From assembly GCA_963676615.1 (NCBI GenBank), contig OY781092.1, positions 1,248,001-1,312,000 on the forward strand: a stretch of DNA of 64,000 nucleotides, in the 5' to 3' direction. The DNA comes from Candidatus Cloacimonadota bacterium. GTDB lineage: Bacteria > Cloacimonadota > Cloacimonadia > G963667145. Position 1 is the first letter of the stretch; every line of letters begins with the position of its first letter. The notes under the pieces were generated by a model. The model ran no database searches. It was not told where the DNA came from and saw only the letters and a program-made list of their open reading frames with translations. The position numbers and the translations under genes are program-made. Shown piece after piece: positions 40,475 to 50,567 of this stretch.

Positions 40475-41671
40475 CTAATTTTGCACCAAAAAATCGCTGG
40501 TGTATTTCGCCAAATTTATGTGAGGCTTTAGCACCATAAAATACATTTTTCCGCTGTGTTTGAGGGTGTTCGCCGCAATCTCGGCGTATTCTCCGCCGCC
40601 GAAATAAATATCGCCTCGACCAGCGCCTTTTATCGCGCCGCCTGTATCTTGGTTCAAGACGAACCTGCCAAAATTTTTCCAGCCTCTGACCTTGTTCTGC
40701 CCATCAACAACCGGCTTTTTACTCTGAATAAATCCCAAAGCCGCCGCAGGAAAAACCGAGCGGTCTGTGGCGATTGTCCTACCGGGAGTAATCGGCACAT
40801 TCAAGCAGCCCAGCGATTTGCCGCTTCCCACAGTAAAAAACACAAAACTTTTGTTAATATTCAACGCCGCCTGTAGCTCATCTGGATGCTTGGCAAAATA
40901 CTTTTTGAGGTGCAAAATCCCGACTTCGCCCGCTGGCAAATTTTTGGAGCGCATCATATACTTGCCAATGCTGCTGTAGGCGTGCCCGTTTTTGGCTTGA
41001 TACTGAATGTGAAGCGAGCTGCCGTCGGACAACAGAATATCACCGCAACCCTCAATCTCCAAATACAACCGATCCAATTTTGAGCTCACCCAAGCGATAG
41101 GTTCGGCTCGCTTTTCCAAAATCTGCAACTCGTCAATCTCGCCCCGCGTGTAATACGGCACAAAATCGCCGCTCGCATCGTAGCGCCCAGTCCTCCAACG
41201 ACCGTCCACTTTTTTCTGCACAAGGTCGTATGGCTTGGAGCAAATCGGGACATCGAACTCGGCGGTCTTCACCACACTCCCACGAATTGTCGGCTGGCAA
41301 TACGCGGTAAACAGCACATCCTCGTTCCCACTGCGCCCTGCCGACACATAAATATTGTAAAATGTGTTGATAAAATCGTTCATCTGCTCTGGCAGCGGGT
41401 TGCCGTCCAGATACTCCACAAAAAGCTTGAGCGAGCCTTTCATCTGATCGGCGGTATAGAGGTCTTGCCCAAAGCGGAACTTCGTCTGACTCGGCAGCCT
41501 CTCCAGATAGTTCAAACTCTGATAGATGCCATCTTTGAGATTTTGATAATCCAAATCGTCCTCAAACAAAGGCGCCTGAGAATAATTTATCTTTTTTAGC
41601 TCTCCCGCAAAAGAAAAAACGCTCATCGACAATAGCAAAAAAATCAGACAGCTTTTAAAAATATTCTTCAT
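40475..41671 (-). CDS. mltA: Lytic murein transglycosylase MltA
   Basis: FTAYCQP, YYTRGEI, IEGCG, NGHAYSSIG, QDTGGAIKGAGRGDIYFG (3D domain). Confidence 0.88.
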   Translation of the reverse strand: MKNIFKSCLIFLLLSMSVFSFAGELKKINYSQAPLFEDDLDYQNLKDGIYQSLNYLERLPSQTKFRFGQDLYTADQMKGSLKLFVEYLDGNPLPEQMNDFINTFYNIYVSAGRSGNEDVLFTAYCQPTIRGSVVKTAEFDVPICSKPYDLVQKKVDGRWRTGRYDASGDFVPYYTRGEIDELQILEKRAEPIAWVSSKLDRLYLEIEGCGDILLSDGSSLHIQYQAKNGHAYSSIGKYMMRSKNLPAGEVGILHLKKYFAKHPDELQAALNINKSFVFFTVGSGKSLGCLNVPITPGRTIATDRSVFPAAALGFIQSKKPVVDGQNKVRGWKNFGRFVLNQDTGGAIKGAGRGDIYFGGGEYAEIAANTLKHSGKMYFMVLKPHINLAKYTSDFLVQN

Positions 41672-41926
41672 TTCCTCTTAACTTTTTGAATAATAAACAG
41701 TTAACAAAAAAATCAAAATAATTCTCACAATTCTCAAAATTTTGTTATTAACTGAATAGATTAAAGATAGTTCAAAAGGAAAGTTTTAGTGAAATTTGTA
41801 AAGCAATTTATTGAATTTTATTTTTCTTATCTGATTAAATTATAAAGAGATACGACGCTGAAAAATAATTTTCAGTGAAATTGCTGAATTATGAAAGTGC
41901 TTTTTTTTGAAAGAGATAAAAGAGGT

Positions 41927-43681
41927 TTAAAAAGTTCTGTTTACCAAAAGTTGAGCGACGACCTCTTGAGCGTCAGTTTTTTTGTAGTAATTGGAATATT
42001 TTAGCTGCAAATTCACGCATTTGTGCAGTTTGCAGTTCGTCAAAAAATAGTAGAAAAGGTCTTCGCCAGTGAACGCGGAGGTGAGCATCGTGCCGTCCAC
42101 GCCCTGTTGATACATATACACCGGCGTGCCTGCGTTGTAATAGACCGCCCGCGCAATTAGCGCAAAAACCGATTGCCGAAAACCCAGCTCGGAATAGGTC
42201 AGATAGCCGAATTTGTGCTGAATTTCCTGGCAAGTGCGATAGTTATAGCGAGTTTTGATTTTGAAAAATCTGCCCAGCATCAAATGGTAGTCCGCCTTGT
42301 AATCGCAAATTTTTTGGTCGCCGATTTCGTCGTCGCTAAAAAGCTGCTCTTTTTTCTGATTTTTGTATTGCAAACTCACCAGCTGACGCGGCGCCGAATA
42401 GTGCCCCCGCACAAGCAGCTCCTGCCCGCTCAGCGGCATCTGCGCCTGCGCCGAAGTTTCGGGCGTCTTCCACACATCCAGATAAAAATTGAACTTCAGC
42501 CTCGGCAGCGGCTTCCACAAAGCCCCATAATACAGCCCTTTTTGGTTATCATACGAGTTGCTCTGCGTGATCGGCTTGCCCATATAAGTCGGCAAATTTT
42601 TCTCAAACTCCCGATAAATCAAGGTTTGATGCAAATTCTCGTAAATCGTGCGGACACCCAAAACTTTGCCCAATTTCTCGTCCGCTTCGGCGATTTCGCC
42701 AAAATAGTCGGTATTTTCTAGGCGAAAACGAAAATCGACCGAGTTAATTTGGTAAGATTGCGACTTTTGTCTGTCCAAAAACGGCTTGCCGAACTTCACT
42801 TCGGCGCGATTGTAGCCCAAATCGAAAGCGTCACTTATCCATTGCGTGTAAAGCCCGACGGTCTTCAAACTCGCTGTCGGCGAAGGATGCAGGTGTAATC
42901 CCGATTCGTCAAAAGAGCTAATCGAGTCGTTTTGCAAGTTCACATCCAGGTCGGTTTTGCTGTAATACGGCGTCAGGTGCAGCGACTTCACGCCCGCAGT
43001 GACGCTCGCTCCGTGCATATACCACTGCTCACTAAACGAGGTGTATGGAGAAATTTTGCTGGCGGAAACAATCGGCGATTTGGTGGACAGCGCAGAAATC
43101 GTTGTCGCAAAACGCTCGCCAAAAACGACGCCTTGTCCTAGACGAATTTTGTATGAACCCAAAACGATGTTGGAAATGTAGGGCAGATTTTTTTGCTGAA
43201 AAAACCAGTTCCGATAGTCCAGATGGCTGGTTTCGCCCGCATCTTTTTGCAAAAGAAATCCAAATCGGCTATTTTTGTAGCTGCCAAAAATTTTTTCGCT
43301 GTGATGCAGATGATTGGGGATATCGTGATATTTTTGCTGGTCGATCAAACGAGCCAAAAAATAGATCGAGCCAGAGTTAAACGAGAGATAAGGCAGCAGC
43401 TCCGCCACAACATTCGGCGCTAGCCCTGCTTTTTTCAGGTCGGCTTTGTCTTCGATTTTTACCGCAGAAAGTTTTCCTATCTGCTCGTCGTCCAAAAAGT
43501 AAAAATTTTGCCAATCTTTTTTGCTCGCATAGCGGGCGTCCAGCGGAAAAAGTTCATAAAACAAAAGCGAGCTATACTCGCTTGTTTCATAGGTCTCCTC
43601 TTCACTTTCCTCTTCCGCCACCAAAATTTGCGCAAAAATCAAAAGCAAAATCAGAAGAAAAAAGTTTGTTCTAAATCTCAA
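41927..43681 (-). CDS. Exported protein resembling FCB-group ComEA-like large beta-barrel proteins
   Basis: Signal peptide; QKDAGE, VLGSYKIRLGQGVVFG, DFSG-like FDESGLH, NQKGLYYG motifs; C-terminal Phe; helix-hairpin-helix region weak. Confidence 0.55.
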   Translation of the reverse strand: MRFRTNFFLLILLLIFAQILVAEEESEEETYETSEYSSLLFYELFPLDARYASKKDWQNFYFLDDEQIGKLSAVKIEDKADLKKAGLAPNVVAELLPYLSFNSGSIYFLARLIDQQKYHDIPNHLHHSEKIFGSYKNSRFGFLLQKDAGETSHLDYRNWFFQQKNLPYISNIVLGSYKIRLGQGVVFGERFATTISALSTKSPIVSASKISPYTSFSEQWYMHGASVTAGVKSLHLTPYYSKTDLDVNLQNDSISSFDESGLHLHPSPTASLKTVGLYTQWISDAFDLGYNRAEVKFGKPFLDRQKSQSYQINSVDFRFRLENTDYFGEIAEADEKLGKVLGVRTIYENLHQTLIYREFEKNLPTYMGKPITQSNSYDNQKGLYYGALWKPLPRLKFNFYLDVWKTPETSAQAQMPLSGQELLVRGHYSAPRQLVSLQYKNQKKEQLFSDDEIGDQKICDYKADYHLMLGRFFKIKTRYNYRTCQEIQHKFGYLTYSELGFRQSVFALIARAVYYNAGTPVYMYQQGVDGTMLTSAFTGEDLFYYFLTNCKLHKCVNLQLKYSNYYKKTDAQEVVAQLLVNRTF

Positions 43682-43724
43682 AGCAACTCAACTTTATTTA
43701 GCAATCGGTGAATTGCGCAAGACC

Positions 43725-43892
43725 CTAATTTTTTGAAGAATGTTTATTCTGCTGTTGAGACACATCGGGTTTTACTATCGCACTTTTAATCAAAGAGACT
43801 TTTAATGGCGCCCGTGACTTACCAAAGTCATTTTTCTGAACTTTACCCCCAGAATAACCTTCATTTAGCGGGTTGTAATTTCTTCTATTCAT
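43725..43892 (-). CDS. Small hypothetical peptide (55 aa) overlapping the DUF6338-like gene
   Basis: ATG at 43892 overlaps the upstream stop codon (ATGAATAG) and has a GGAGA RBS; MNRRNYNPLNEGYSGG... Confidence 0.55.
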   Translation of the reverse strand: MNRRNYNPLNEGYSGGKVQKNDFGKSRAPLKVSLIKSAIVKPDVSQQQNKHSSKN

Positions 43893-44484
43893 TGTTTTCT
43901 CCATTGTTTTCAAAAAATTCAATTGATAAATATTCGTTATTCGCAATCAAAATGCCATTGCTATTTTCCACAATATTTATCTCTCCAGTTTCGCTTTTAG
44001 TATAAACTTTTTCCAAATATATAGAGCCGTCATTAGGAAAAGATGTCGCGTAAGATTTTTCGCCAAAATAGCCTACAATTTCTTCTCCATTCTTTAAATG
44101 AACTAATAATATGGCGTCTGGTCTTTGAGAAAAATACCAATCCCAAGCTGTTGGCATTTGTATATCAAAGTTTTTTCTAAAAAAGTTTGAAGAAATAACC
44201 TTTATGTAAACGAAAGCTAATATCAAGGGAGAGATTGTTAATATTAAAATAGATGAAGATATTCCCCATCCTTCGCAATTATTTGAAAATAACAAATAAG
44301 GAATCCAACCAAAAATCGACAAATTTAGAAGACTATAAGAAATTGCTTCGAAAATAACATCTTTCAACAAAAATTCTTTGTTCGGAATTTTCAATCGTAT
44401 AATTTTCATAATAAGAAAACCCGGCAAAATCAACACAGCAAAAGCGATAACAACTTTTATTTGCAACAAATTTTCAATACTCAT
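43885..44484 (-). CDS. DUF6338-like membrane protein
   Basis: Three TM segments with LPGF, then PTAWDWYF, GYFGEKSYATSFP, IYLEKVY; AT-rich. Confidence 0.7.
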   Translation of the reverse strand: MSIENLLQIKVVIAFAVLILPGFLIMKIIRLKIPNKEFLLKDVIFEAISYSLLNLSIFGWIPYLLFSNNCEGWGISSSILILTISPLILAFVYIKVISSNFFRKNFDIQMPTAWDWYFSQRPDAILLVHLKNGEEIVGYFGEKSYATSFPNDGSIYLEKVYTKSETGEINIVENSNGILIANNEYLSIEFFENNGENNE

Positions 44485-44567
44485 TACTAATTATCCTTCA
44501 ATAATATACCCAATAATTTTGTAGCCAAAATTAACAAAACTATTCTCATTTTTTTTATAATTCCCCC

Positions 44568-45275
44568 TCACCCAAGCACTGTCTCCAGGGCGACCTCCAT
44601 CATATTTGTATAGGTCGTTTGGCGATTTTCGGGAGAGTCCGCCTCGCCACTGACCAAGCTATCGCTAACTGTCAAAATCGCCAGAGCCTGCACGCCGAAT
44701 TTTGCAGCGATGGTGTATAACGCCGCCGCCTCCATCTCCACAGCCAGCACTCCATACTTTGCCCAAAGTTGCCACGCATTTGGGTCGTCGTCGTAAAAAA
44801 TATCGCTCGAAAAAATATTGCCCACTCGCACAGCGACGCTCTTTTTTTGCGCCTCACGATAAGCTTTTTGCAAAAGCGAAAAATCGGCAGTTGGCGCAAA
44901 ATCCGCACCGTCAAAACGACGCCGATTCACTCCCCAATTGCTGGAGGCAGACATAGCCAGCACCAAATTTCCCAGTCCCAAATCCGCCTGCATACTTCCG
45001 CAAGAGCCAACCCGTATCAGCGTCTGCGCTCCAAACTCCTGTATCAACTCCGTGGCGTAAATGCTAAACGAAGGCATCCCCATTCCAGAGCCTTGCACCG
45101 AGACCAGCTCGCCCTTGTATTTGCCCGTAAAACCCAGCATCCCGCGAACATCGTTGTGGCACACCGCATCCTCCAGATAATGTTCCGCAATAAACTTCGC
45201 CCGCAGCGGATCGCCCGGCATCAGCACCTTTTTCGCAATCTGCACGCCCTTTTTACACTGAATATGCACACCCAT
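44568..45275 (-). CDS. deoD: Purine nucleoside phosphorylase DeoD
   Basis: [34 protein letters not shown]. Confidence 0.96.
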   Translation of the reverse strand: MGVHIQCKKGVQIAKKVLMPGDPLRAKFIAEHYLEDAVCHNDVRGMLGFTGKYKGELVSVQGSGMGMPSFSIYATELIQEFGAQTLIRVGSCGSMQADLGLGNLVLAMSASSNWGVNRRRFDGADFAPTADFSLLQKAYREAQKKSVAVRVGNIFSSDIFYDDDPNAWQLWAKYGVLAVEMEAAALYTIAAKFGVQALAILTVSDSLVSGEADSPENRQTTYTNMMEVALETVLG

Positions 45276-45278
45276 TTT

Positions 45279-46955
45279 CTACTCCTTAATTTGCTTTAGC
45301 GACTGCGCAATATTCAGCGACTTATCGCCAATCGACTCAAAAATCTGCAACAAATCCATATAAATCAACTCGCCACGAATATCCACATCCTCCGTCTTCT
45401 CCAGCCGATACTTCGTCGCCTTGCGCAACTTATTCCGCAAATCGTCGATCTGTTCCTCAATCGCAAAAGCCCGCTGCAAATCCCGCGTCTGCATCTTTTG
45501 CATCGAAATATCCAAATGCTCCTTGAGAAAATCGATAAAACCGCTCACGAGCCCAGAATAAACCTCCAGCTCTTGCCGCGCCTTTTCGTGAAAATGATAC
45601 CCCTTTCGCTTAATCTTTTCCGTCAAAAAAGTCAGCTGATAACAATAGTCGCAAATGCTCTCTATCTCATTGACAATCCGTATCATTACGCTGATATTAT
45701 TGGAAGTGTTGGCGCTGATATTTTCCCGATTACACTTATTCAAATATTTGGAAATCTCCACCTGCATCTGATCCGACAAATCTTCCTGTTTCCGAGCCTT
45801 CAGCAAAACCTTATCCAGCTTTTTCGCCTTCTGAAAATAAGCCTGTCGATAATTTTCATACATCTTTCCCGACAAATCCAGCATCTTGCGAATTTCGTTT
45901 TTGGCGGTCATCAACTCCAGCTCTGGCGCGCCCTGCAAATTTGTCGAAAGATACTGCAACGAGTAAACATCCGGCGTCTGATTGGCACTTTTGAACACCA
46001 ACTTCGCCGAAACCACAGCGATATATTTCACCAAAAACAAGCAAACAAACATATTCAGAATGTTGAACAAAGTATGAAAAAGCGACACATTCAGCGGGTA
46101 GTTGCTCAGCAAATCGGAATCCCAGGGCGTGATGCTCAACACAAAACGATAGAACGGGAAAAACACCAACAGCATCCAAATCACCCCGAAAACATTGAAA
46201 ATAAAATGCGCCCTCGCCGCAGTTTTCGCCGTGCGATTGGTCGAAATTGCCGCCAAATTCGCGGTGATGGTCGTGCCGATATTCTCGCCCAAAACCATCG
46301 CCATTCCTATCGGCAGAGGTATCCAGCCCTTAAAAAGCATCGTCACTGTAATCGCCATCGAGGCAGAAGACGACTGCACAATCAAAGTCAGCACAGCTCC
46401 CACAAGCACAAAAAGCAAAATCGAGCCCATTCCAAAATCGGTGTAAGAGCTCAGAAAGTGCATAATCTCGGGGCTGCTCTTGATGTCCGGCACAGAATCT
46501 TTCAGATACGAAAGTCCGATAAAAAGAAGCCCGAATCCGACAAGCAAACTGCCCACATCTTTCCAGCGTTGGTTTTTGAGGAAAGACAGCGGAAAGCCAA
46601 CTCCGACAATCGCCAGAGCCATCGCCGAAATTTTAATCTTGAAGCCGAAATACGAAACAATCCAGGTGGTCACCGTCGTGCCGATGTTCGCCCCCATAAT
46701 CACGCCAATCGACTGAATCAGCGACAGCATTCCCGCATTCACAAAACTCACCACCATCACGGTCGTGGCAGACGAAGACTGAATAATTGCCGTGATCAGA
46801 CTGCCGGTCAGAACGCCCATCAGCCGATTGTTGGTCATATAGCCCAAAATAGCTTTCAGGCGATTCCCTGCCACTCTCTGCAAAGCGTCGCTCATTATTT
46901 TCATTCCAAACAAAAAAATTCCCAGCGAACCAAGCAGTTCCAAAAATAAAACCAT
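45279..46955 (-). CDS. Na+/phosphate cotransporter with C-terminal PhoU-like domains
   Basis: Two QSSSA repeats, GANIGTT and GENIGTT. Confidence 0.92.
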   Translation of the reverse strand: MVLFLELLGSLGIFLFGMKIMSDALQRVAGNRLKAILGYMTNNRLMGVLTGSLITAIIQSSSATTVMVVSFVNAGMLSLIQSIGVIMGANIGTTVTTWIVSYFGFKIKISAMALAIVGVGFPLSFLKNQRWKDVGSLLVGFGLLFIGLSYLKDSVPDIKSSPEIMHFLSSYTDFGMGSILLFVLVGAVLTLIVQSSSASMAITVTMLFKGWIPLPIGMAMVLGENIGTTITANLAAISTNRTAKTAARAHFIFNVFGVIWMLLVFFPFYRFVLSITPWDSDLLSNYPLNVSLFHTLFNILNMFVCLFLVKYIAVVSAKLVFKSANQTPDVYSLQYLSTNLQGAPELELMTAKNEIRKMLDLSGKMYENYRQAYFQKAKKLDKVLLKARKQEDLSDQMQVEISKYLNKCNRENISANTSNNISVMIRIVNEIESICDYCYQLTFLTEKIKRKGYHFHEKARQELEVYSGLVSGFIDFLKEHLDISMQKMQTRDLQRAFAIEEQIDDLRNKLRKATKYRLEKTEDVDIRGELIYMDLLQIFESIGDKSLNIAQSLKQIKE

Positions 46956-46985
46956 TTTTTGCTCCTCTTTTTTTTACTAAACGCC

Positions 46986-47714
46986 CTAGATATCTAGCAC
47001 TTTATCCAAAAACCTTTTCGTGCGTGGATTTTGCGGATTGCCAAAAAGCTCCTGCGGAGTGTTCTCCTCCACAATCTGCCCGTCATCCATAAACACCACA
47101 CGGTCGGAAACCTCTTTGGCAAAACCCATCTGATGCGTCACCAAAATCATCGTCATCCCGTGATGCGCAAGGCTCTTGATAATCTCCAGAACCTCGCCAA
47201 TCACCTCTGGATCCAGCGCCGAAGTCGGCTCGTCAAACAGCATAATCTCGGGCTCCATCGCCAAAGCCCTGGCTATCGCCACCCGCTGCTTTTGTCCACC
47301 AGAGAGCGCCGACGGGTAAACATCCCGCTTGTCCTGCAGACCGACCTGCTTCAAAAGCTTCATCGCCAACTCCTCAGCCGCCTGCTTCTCCACTTTTTTC
47401 ACCTTAATCGGCGCAAGAGTGATATTGCCCAAAACCGTCAAATGCGGAAAAAGATTAAAATGCTGAAACACCATACCCACACGCTGCCGCATCTCCACAG
47501 GGTCTTGGTCGCTAGCCAAAATATCTTTCCCCTTGATAAAAATATGTCCGCCAGTGGGCTCTTCCATCAGATTTATACACCGCAAAAAAGTCGATTTTCC
47601 CGAACCAGAAGGTCCGATAATGCAAATCGTGTCTTGCTCGTTGATATCGTAATCGATACCTTTCAGGACTCGCAAATCGCCAAAAGATTTTTGCAAATTT
47701 CTAACTTTAATCAT
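46986..47714 (-). CDS. Polar amino acid ABC transporter ATP-binding protein
   Basis: [39 protein letters not shown]. Confidence 0.95.
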   Translation of the reverse strand: MIKVRNLQKSFGDLRVLKGIDYDINEQDTICIIGPSGSGKSTFLRCINLMEEPTGGHIFIKGKDILASDQDPVEMRQRVGMVFQHFNLFPHLTVLGNITLAPIKVKKVEKQAAEELAMKLLKQVGLQDKRDVYPSALSGGQKQRVAIARALAMEPEIMLFDEPTSALDPEVIGEVLEIIKSLAHHGMTMILVTHQMGFAKEVSDRVVFMDDGQIVEENTPQELFGNPQNPRTKRFLDKVLDI

Positions 47715-48381
47715 TATCCAACCTCTTTTCTAAAAACGCCACAAACTTGGAAATCGCCAGAGTCATACACAAATAGACCAGCGCCACGCCGATATACACC
47801 GTGAACGCCTCGAAAGTCACCGAAACATACAGCTGCCCTCTGCGTGTGAGCTCGCTCACGCCAATCACCGAAAGTAGCGAAGTGTCTTTGAGCAAAATAA
47901 TGAACTCGTTGCCAAGAGGCGGCACAATCCGCTTGAACGCTTGCGGCAGCACCACCAAACGCATCACCATCTTCGAGGGCATCCCCAGAGACTTGGCGGC
48001 TTCCCACTGACCTTTATCTATCGAAACGATTCCCGCGCGAAAAATCTCGGCGACATAAGCACCGCTGTTCACAGAACAAACCAGCACGCCTGCCACCATC
48101 GGCGAAAGACGCACCGACGCACCCAGCAAATCCGAGCAAAGCGAGGGAAACCCAAAATAGACCAAAAGAATCTGCACAAAAAGCGGCGTGCCACGGATTA
48201 CATCGATATACGCCACCGCTGGCAACCGCAAATATTTTTTGGGCGAGAGTTTACCCAAACTGACAAAAAGCCCTATCAACACCCCAAACAACACAGAAAC
48301 AAAAGTTATCTGCATCGTCAAAACCGCACCTTGCAAAAGGCTCGGCAAAACCTCAAAAAAAACTTCTAGACTATGCGCCAA
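47707..48381 (-). CDS. Polar amino acid ABC transporter permease
   Basis: [31 protein letters not shown]. Confidence 0.94.
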   Translation of the reverse strand: MAHSLEVFFEVLPSLLQGAVLTMQITFVSVLFGVLIGLFVSLGKLSPKKYLRLPAVAYIDVIRGTPLFVQILLVYFGFPSLCSDLLGASVRLSPMVAGVLVCSVNSGAYVAEIFRAGIVSIDKGQWEAAKSLGMPSKMVMRLVVLPQAFKRIVPPLGNEFIILLKDTSLLSVIGVSELTRRGQLYVSVTFEAFTVYIGVALVYLCMTLAISKFVAFLEKRLDND

Positions 48382-48396
48382 AACAACTCCAGCAGC

Positions 48397-49131
48397 CTAA
48401 AAATATTTGCTCATCAAATAGTCGTAATCGCCGTTTTCGCGCAGATTGTGCAAACCAGCGTTAATTTTTTGCAAAAGCTCTGCGTTCTTTTTGCTCACCG
48501 CAAAGCCGTAGCTCTCGCTGGTAATCGCATCGCCGACAATCTTCACCTTGCCCGGCTGTTTGGCGACATACACCTTCGTCACCGGCAAATCGTTAATCAC
48601 AGCATCCACACCGCCATTTTGCAAATCGAGCATCGCCATATCAATTGTGTTAAAAGTCACCACTCTGCCGACTTTGCCCTGCTCGGCAAGCTCCTTCACC
48701 TTCATTGCACCCGTCGTGCCAATCTGCACACCAACAGTCTTGCCTTGCAGGTCGTCCACGCCTTTGGTCACATTATCGCTCACTGGCACAGCCAAAGCCA
48801 GTCCAGCGTTGATATACGGATCAGAAAACGAAATCTTCTTGGCTCGCTCTGGCGTAATCGTCATTCCCGAGGCGACAATATCGATAGTCCCAGACTCCAC
48901 GGCTGGCACCAAACCATCAAACCCGATATTTTTAATCTCCAACTCCAGATTTTGATCGGCAGCAATCGCCTTGATAAGCTCAATATCAAACCCCGTAATC
49001 TCGCCCGTGGATTTATCCAAAAACTCAAACGGCGGAAAAGTCGGATCTGTGCCCACAATCAGCTTCGACTCGCTTCCCATACACCCAAAAAGGGCAACCG
49101 CCAAACTCGCAATCAACAAAAATTTCCTCAT
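48397..49131 (-). CDS. Basic/polar amino acid ABC transporter substrate-binding lipoprotein
   Basis: Lipobox LFGC; FPPFEF, GFDIEL, GMTITPER. Confidence 0.93.
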   Translation of the reverse strand: MRKFLLIASLAVALFGCMGSESKLIVGTDPTFPPFEFLDKSTGEITGFDIELIKAIAADQNLELEIKNIGFDGLVPAVESGTIDIVASGMTITPERAKKISFSDPYINAGLALAVPVSDNVTKGVDDLQGKTVGVQIGTTGAMKVKELAEQGKVGRVVTFNTIDMAMLDLQNGGVDAVINDLPVTKVYVAKQPGKVKIVGDAITSESYGFAVSKKNAELLQKINAGLHNLRENGDYDYLMSKYF

Positions 49132-49160
49132 CTTTCTATCCTCTTTTTAATAAATTTCAA

Positions 49161-49865
49161 CTATTTCGTCTCTGCAAAAGAAAAACGCTCTTGCATCTCC
49201 AAATATCGCCTTTCAAAAAAAACAACAATCTCCTCAAAATTCGCCGAACTTTTATCCTCATAATAGTTCAACATCAGCCTATCGTAAACGCTCTTCTGCT
49301 CCAGCGGCAACATTATCGGCAAAAAACCATTCGACATCAAAAAACCGTTCAACATACAAAAAGCAGTCCGCTTGTTCCCGTCAAAAAAAAACTGCCTGTC
49401 ACACAACTGCGCATACAAAAAAACTCCAGCCCTGAAAATCTCGCTTTCGCCTTTTGCTGCTGCGCTCTTCACATCTTCGACAATTTCCAAAAAAACCGCT
49501 TCCAAAATTTCTGCTGGCGGACACTTCCACTCCTTTGTGCCGCCGATAGACACCTTGCCAGTGCGAAATTCTCCCCACAGCAAAGACTCATCTTTTGCGA
49601 TAATTCCGTTATACTCTTTCGCTTTCTCGGCGCTCAACGCAAACTGCCCCAAGGCAACATCGTCGATAACTCTTTGCCAACAATCCACCATCCTCTTCGC
49701 TTGAAAAAGATACTCCAACCGACTCTCTGGCAATGCGTTATGGTGCTTGACAATATTATCAATATCGACCAAAGAAGTCTTATTGTTCTCATGCAACGAA
49801 AGAAGATTATACACAAGAGAGGCAAAAATTTTCTTGGCAACAAAAAGGCTCTGCTTCTTATTCAT
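49161..49865 (-). CDS. Fic/DOC-family protein with variant motif
   Basis: QFFFDGNKRTA against canonical HPFxDGNGR; GEFRTGKVSIGG flap; start MNKK at 49865 after GGAGA. Confidence 0.8.
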   Translation of the reverse strand: MNKKQSLFVAKKIFASLVYNLLSLHENNKTSLVDIDNIVKHHNALPESRLEYLFQAKRMVDCWQRVIDDVALGQFALSAEKAKEYNGIIAKDESLLWGEFRTGKVSIGGTKEWKCPPAEILEAVFLEIVEDVKSAAAKGESEIFRAGVFLYAQLCDRQFFFDGNKRTAFCMLNGFLMSNGFLPIMLPLEQKSVYDRLMLNYYEDKSSANFEEIVVFFERRYLEMQERFSFAETK

Positions 49866-49975
49866 CTGCGTCTCTCCTAAAAAAAAATTCAACTTTCCCC
49901 CTAACAAAAACTTCTACTTCGCACAATTCAAATTTCCCCTACCTTTTGAAAAAAGCAAAACAAGTCAAACAAAAA

Positions 49976-50011
49976 AGCAAAAAAGGCAGAAAGCAACGCT
50001 CTCCGCCTTTT
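49976..50011 (-). terminator. Intrinsic terminator after the oxidoreductase operon
   Basis: Minus strand AAAAGGCGGAGAGC-GTT-GCTTTCTGCCTTTTT. Confidence 0.75.
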
Positions 50012-50033
50012 CTTCGCCAAAATTTTGCAATTC

Positions 50034-50567
50034 TTAAGCGAACTCCATACCTTTTTCGATCGCCTTCAGATTGAGCTCCAAAAGTTTTTGGTCACGATTT
50101 TTCATAAAAACGATTAAATCGTCTTTGACCGACTCAAACTTTACCGCGTTTGTCGCCTTGAGGAAAACGCCCAAAGCCACCATATTCACAACTTTTTCGC
50201 TGCCCAGCTCTCGCGCGATGTCGTTCATCGGCACTTTAATCGCCGTGATGTCACTTCTGCTAGAGCCGTTTGGGCACATATCGGCGTTGTAGATCAAAAT
50301 CCCGCCTTTTTTGAGCGACGCTTCAAACTTGTCGATAGACGGCTGATTAAAAGCCACCAGCACATCAGGCGTGCCCACCACTGGCGAGGCGACCTCTTCG
50401 TCCGACAAAATCACCGAACAGTTGGCTGTGCCGCCACGCATCTCGGGTCCATACGACGGAAGCCAAGTGACATTGCTGCCCTCTCGCATCGACGCTTTCG
50501 CCAAAAATTTGCCCAGCGTCAAAGCGCCTTGTCCGCCAAATCCAGAACAGATTAAACTGATTTTCAT
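50034..50567 (-). CDS. 2-oxoacid:ferredoxin oxidoreductase gamma subunit
   Basis: GFGGQG, PSYGPEMRGGTANC, NMVALG. Confidence 0.92.
   Translation of the reverse strand: MKISLICSGFGGQGALTLGKFLAKASMREGSNVTWLPSYGPEMRGGTANCSVILSDEEVASPVVGTPDVLVAFNQPSIDKFEASLKKGGILIYNADMCPNGSSRSDITAIKVPMNDIARELGSEKVVNMVALGVFLKATNAVKFESVKDDLIVFMKNRDQKLLELNLKAIEKGMEFA

Noticed and set aside
41672..41926. AT-rich 255-nt intergenic region with a small CTGAAAA/TTTTCAG palindrome
   Set aside because: No ORF, repeat array or convincing RNA structure; compatible with a plain promoter region.
39580..43722. TTGCGCAA palindrome near both edges of the skew-reversed block as recombination sites
   Set aside because: Only 8 bp, the word occurs elsewhere in the window, and no recombinase gene is nearby.
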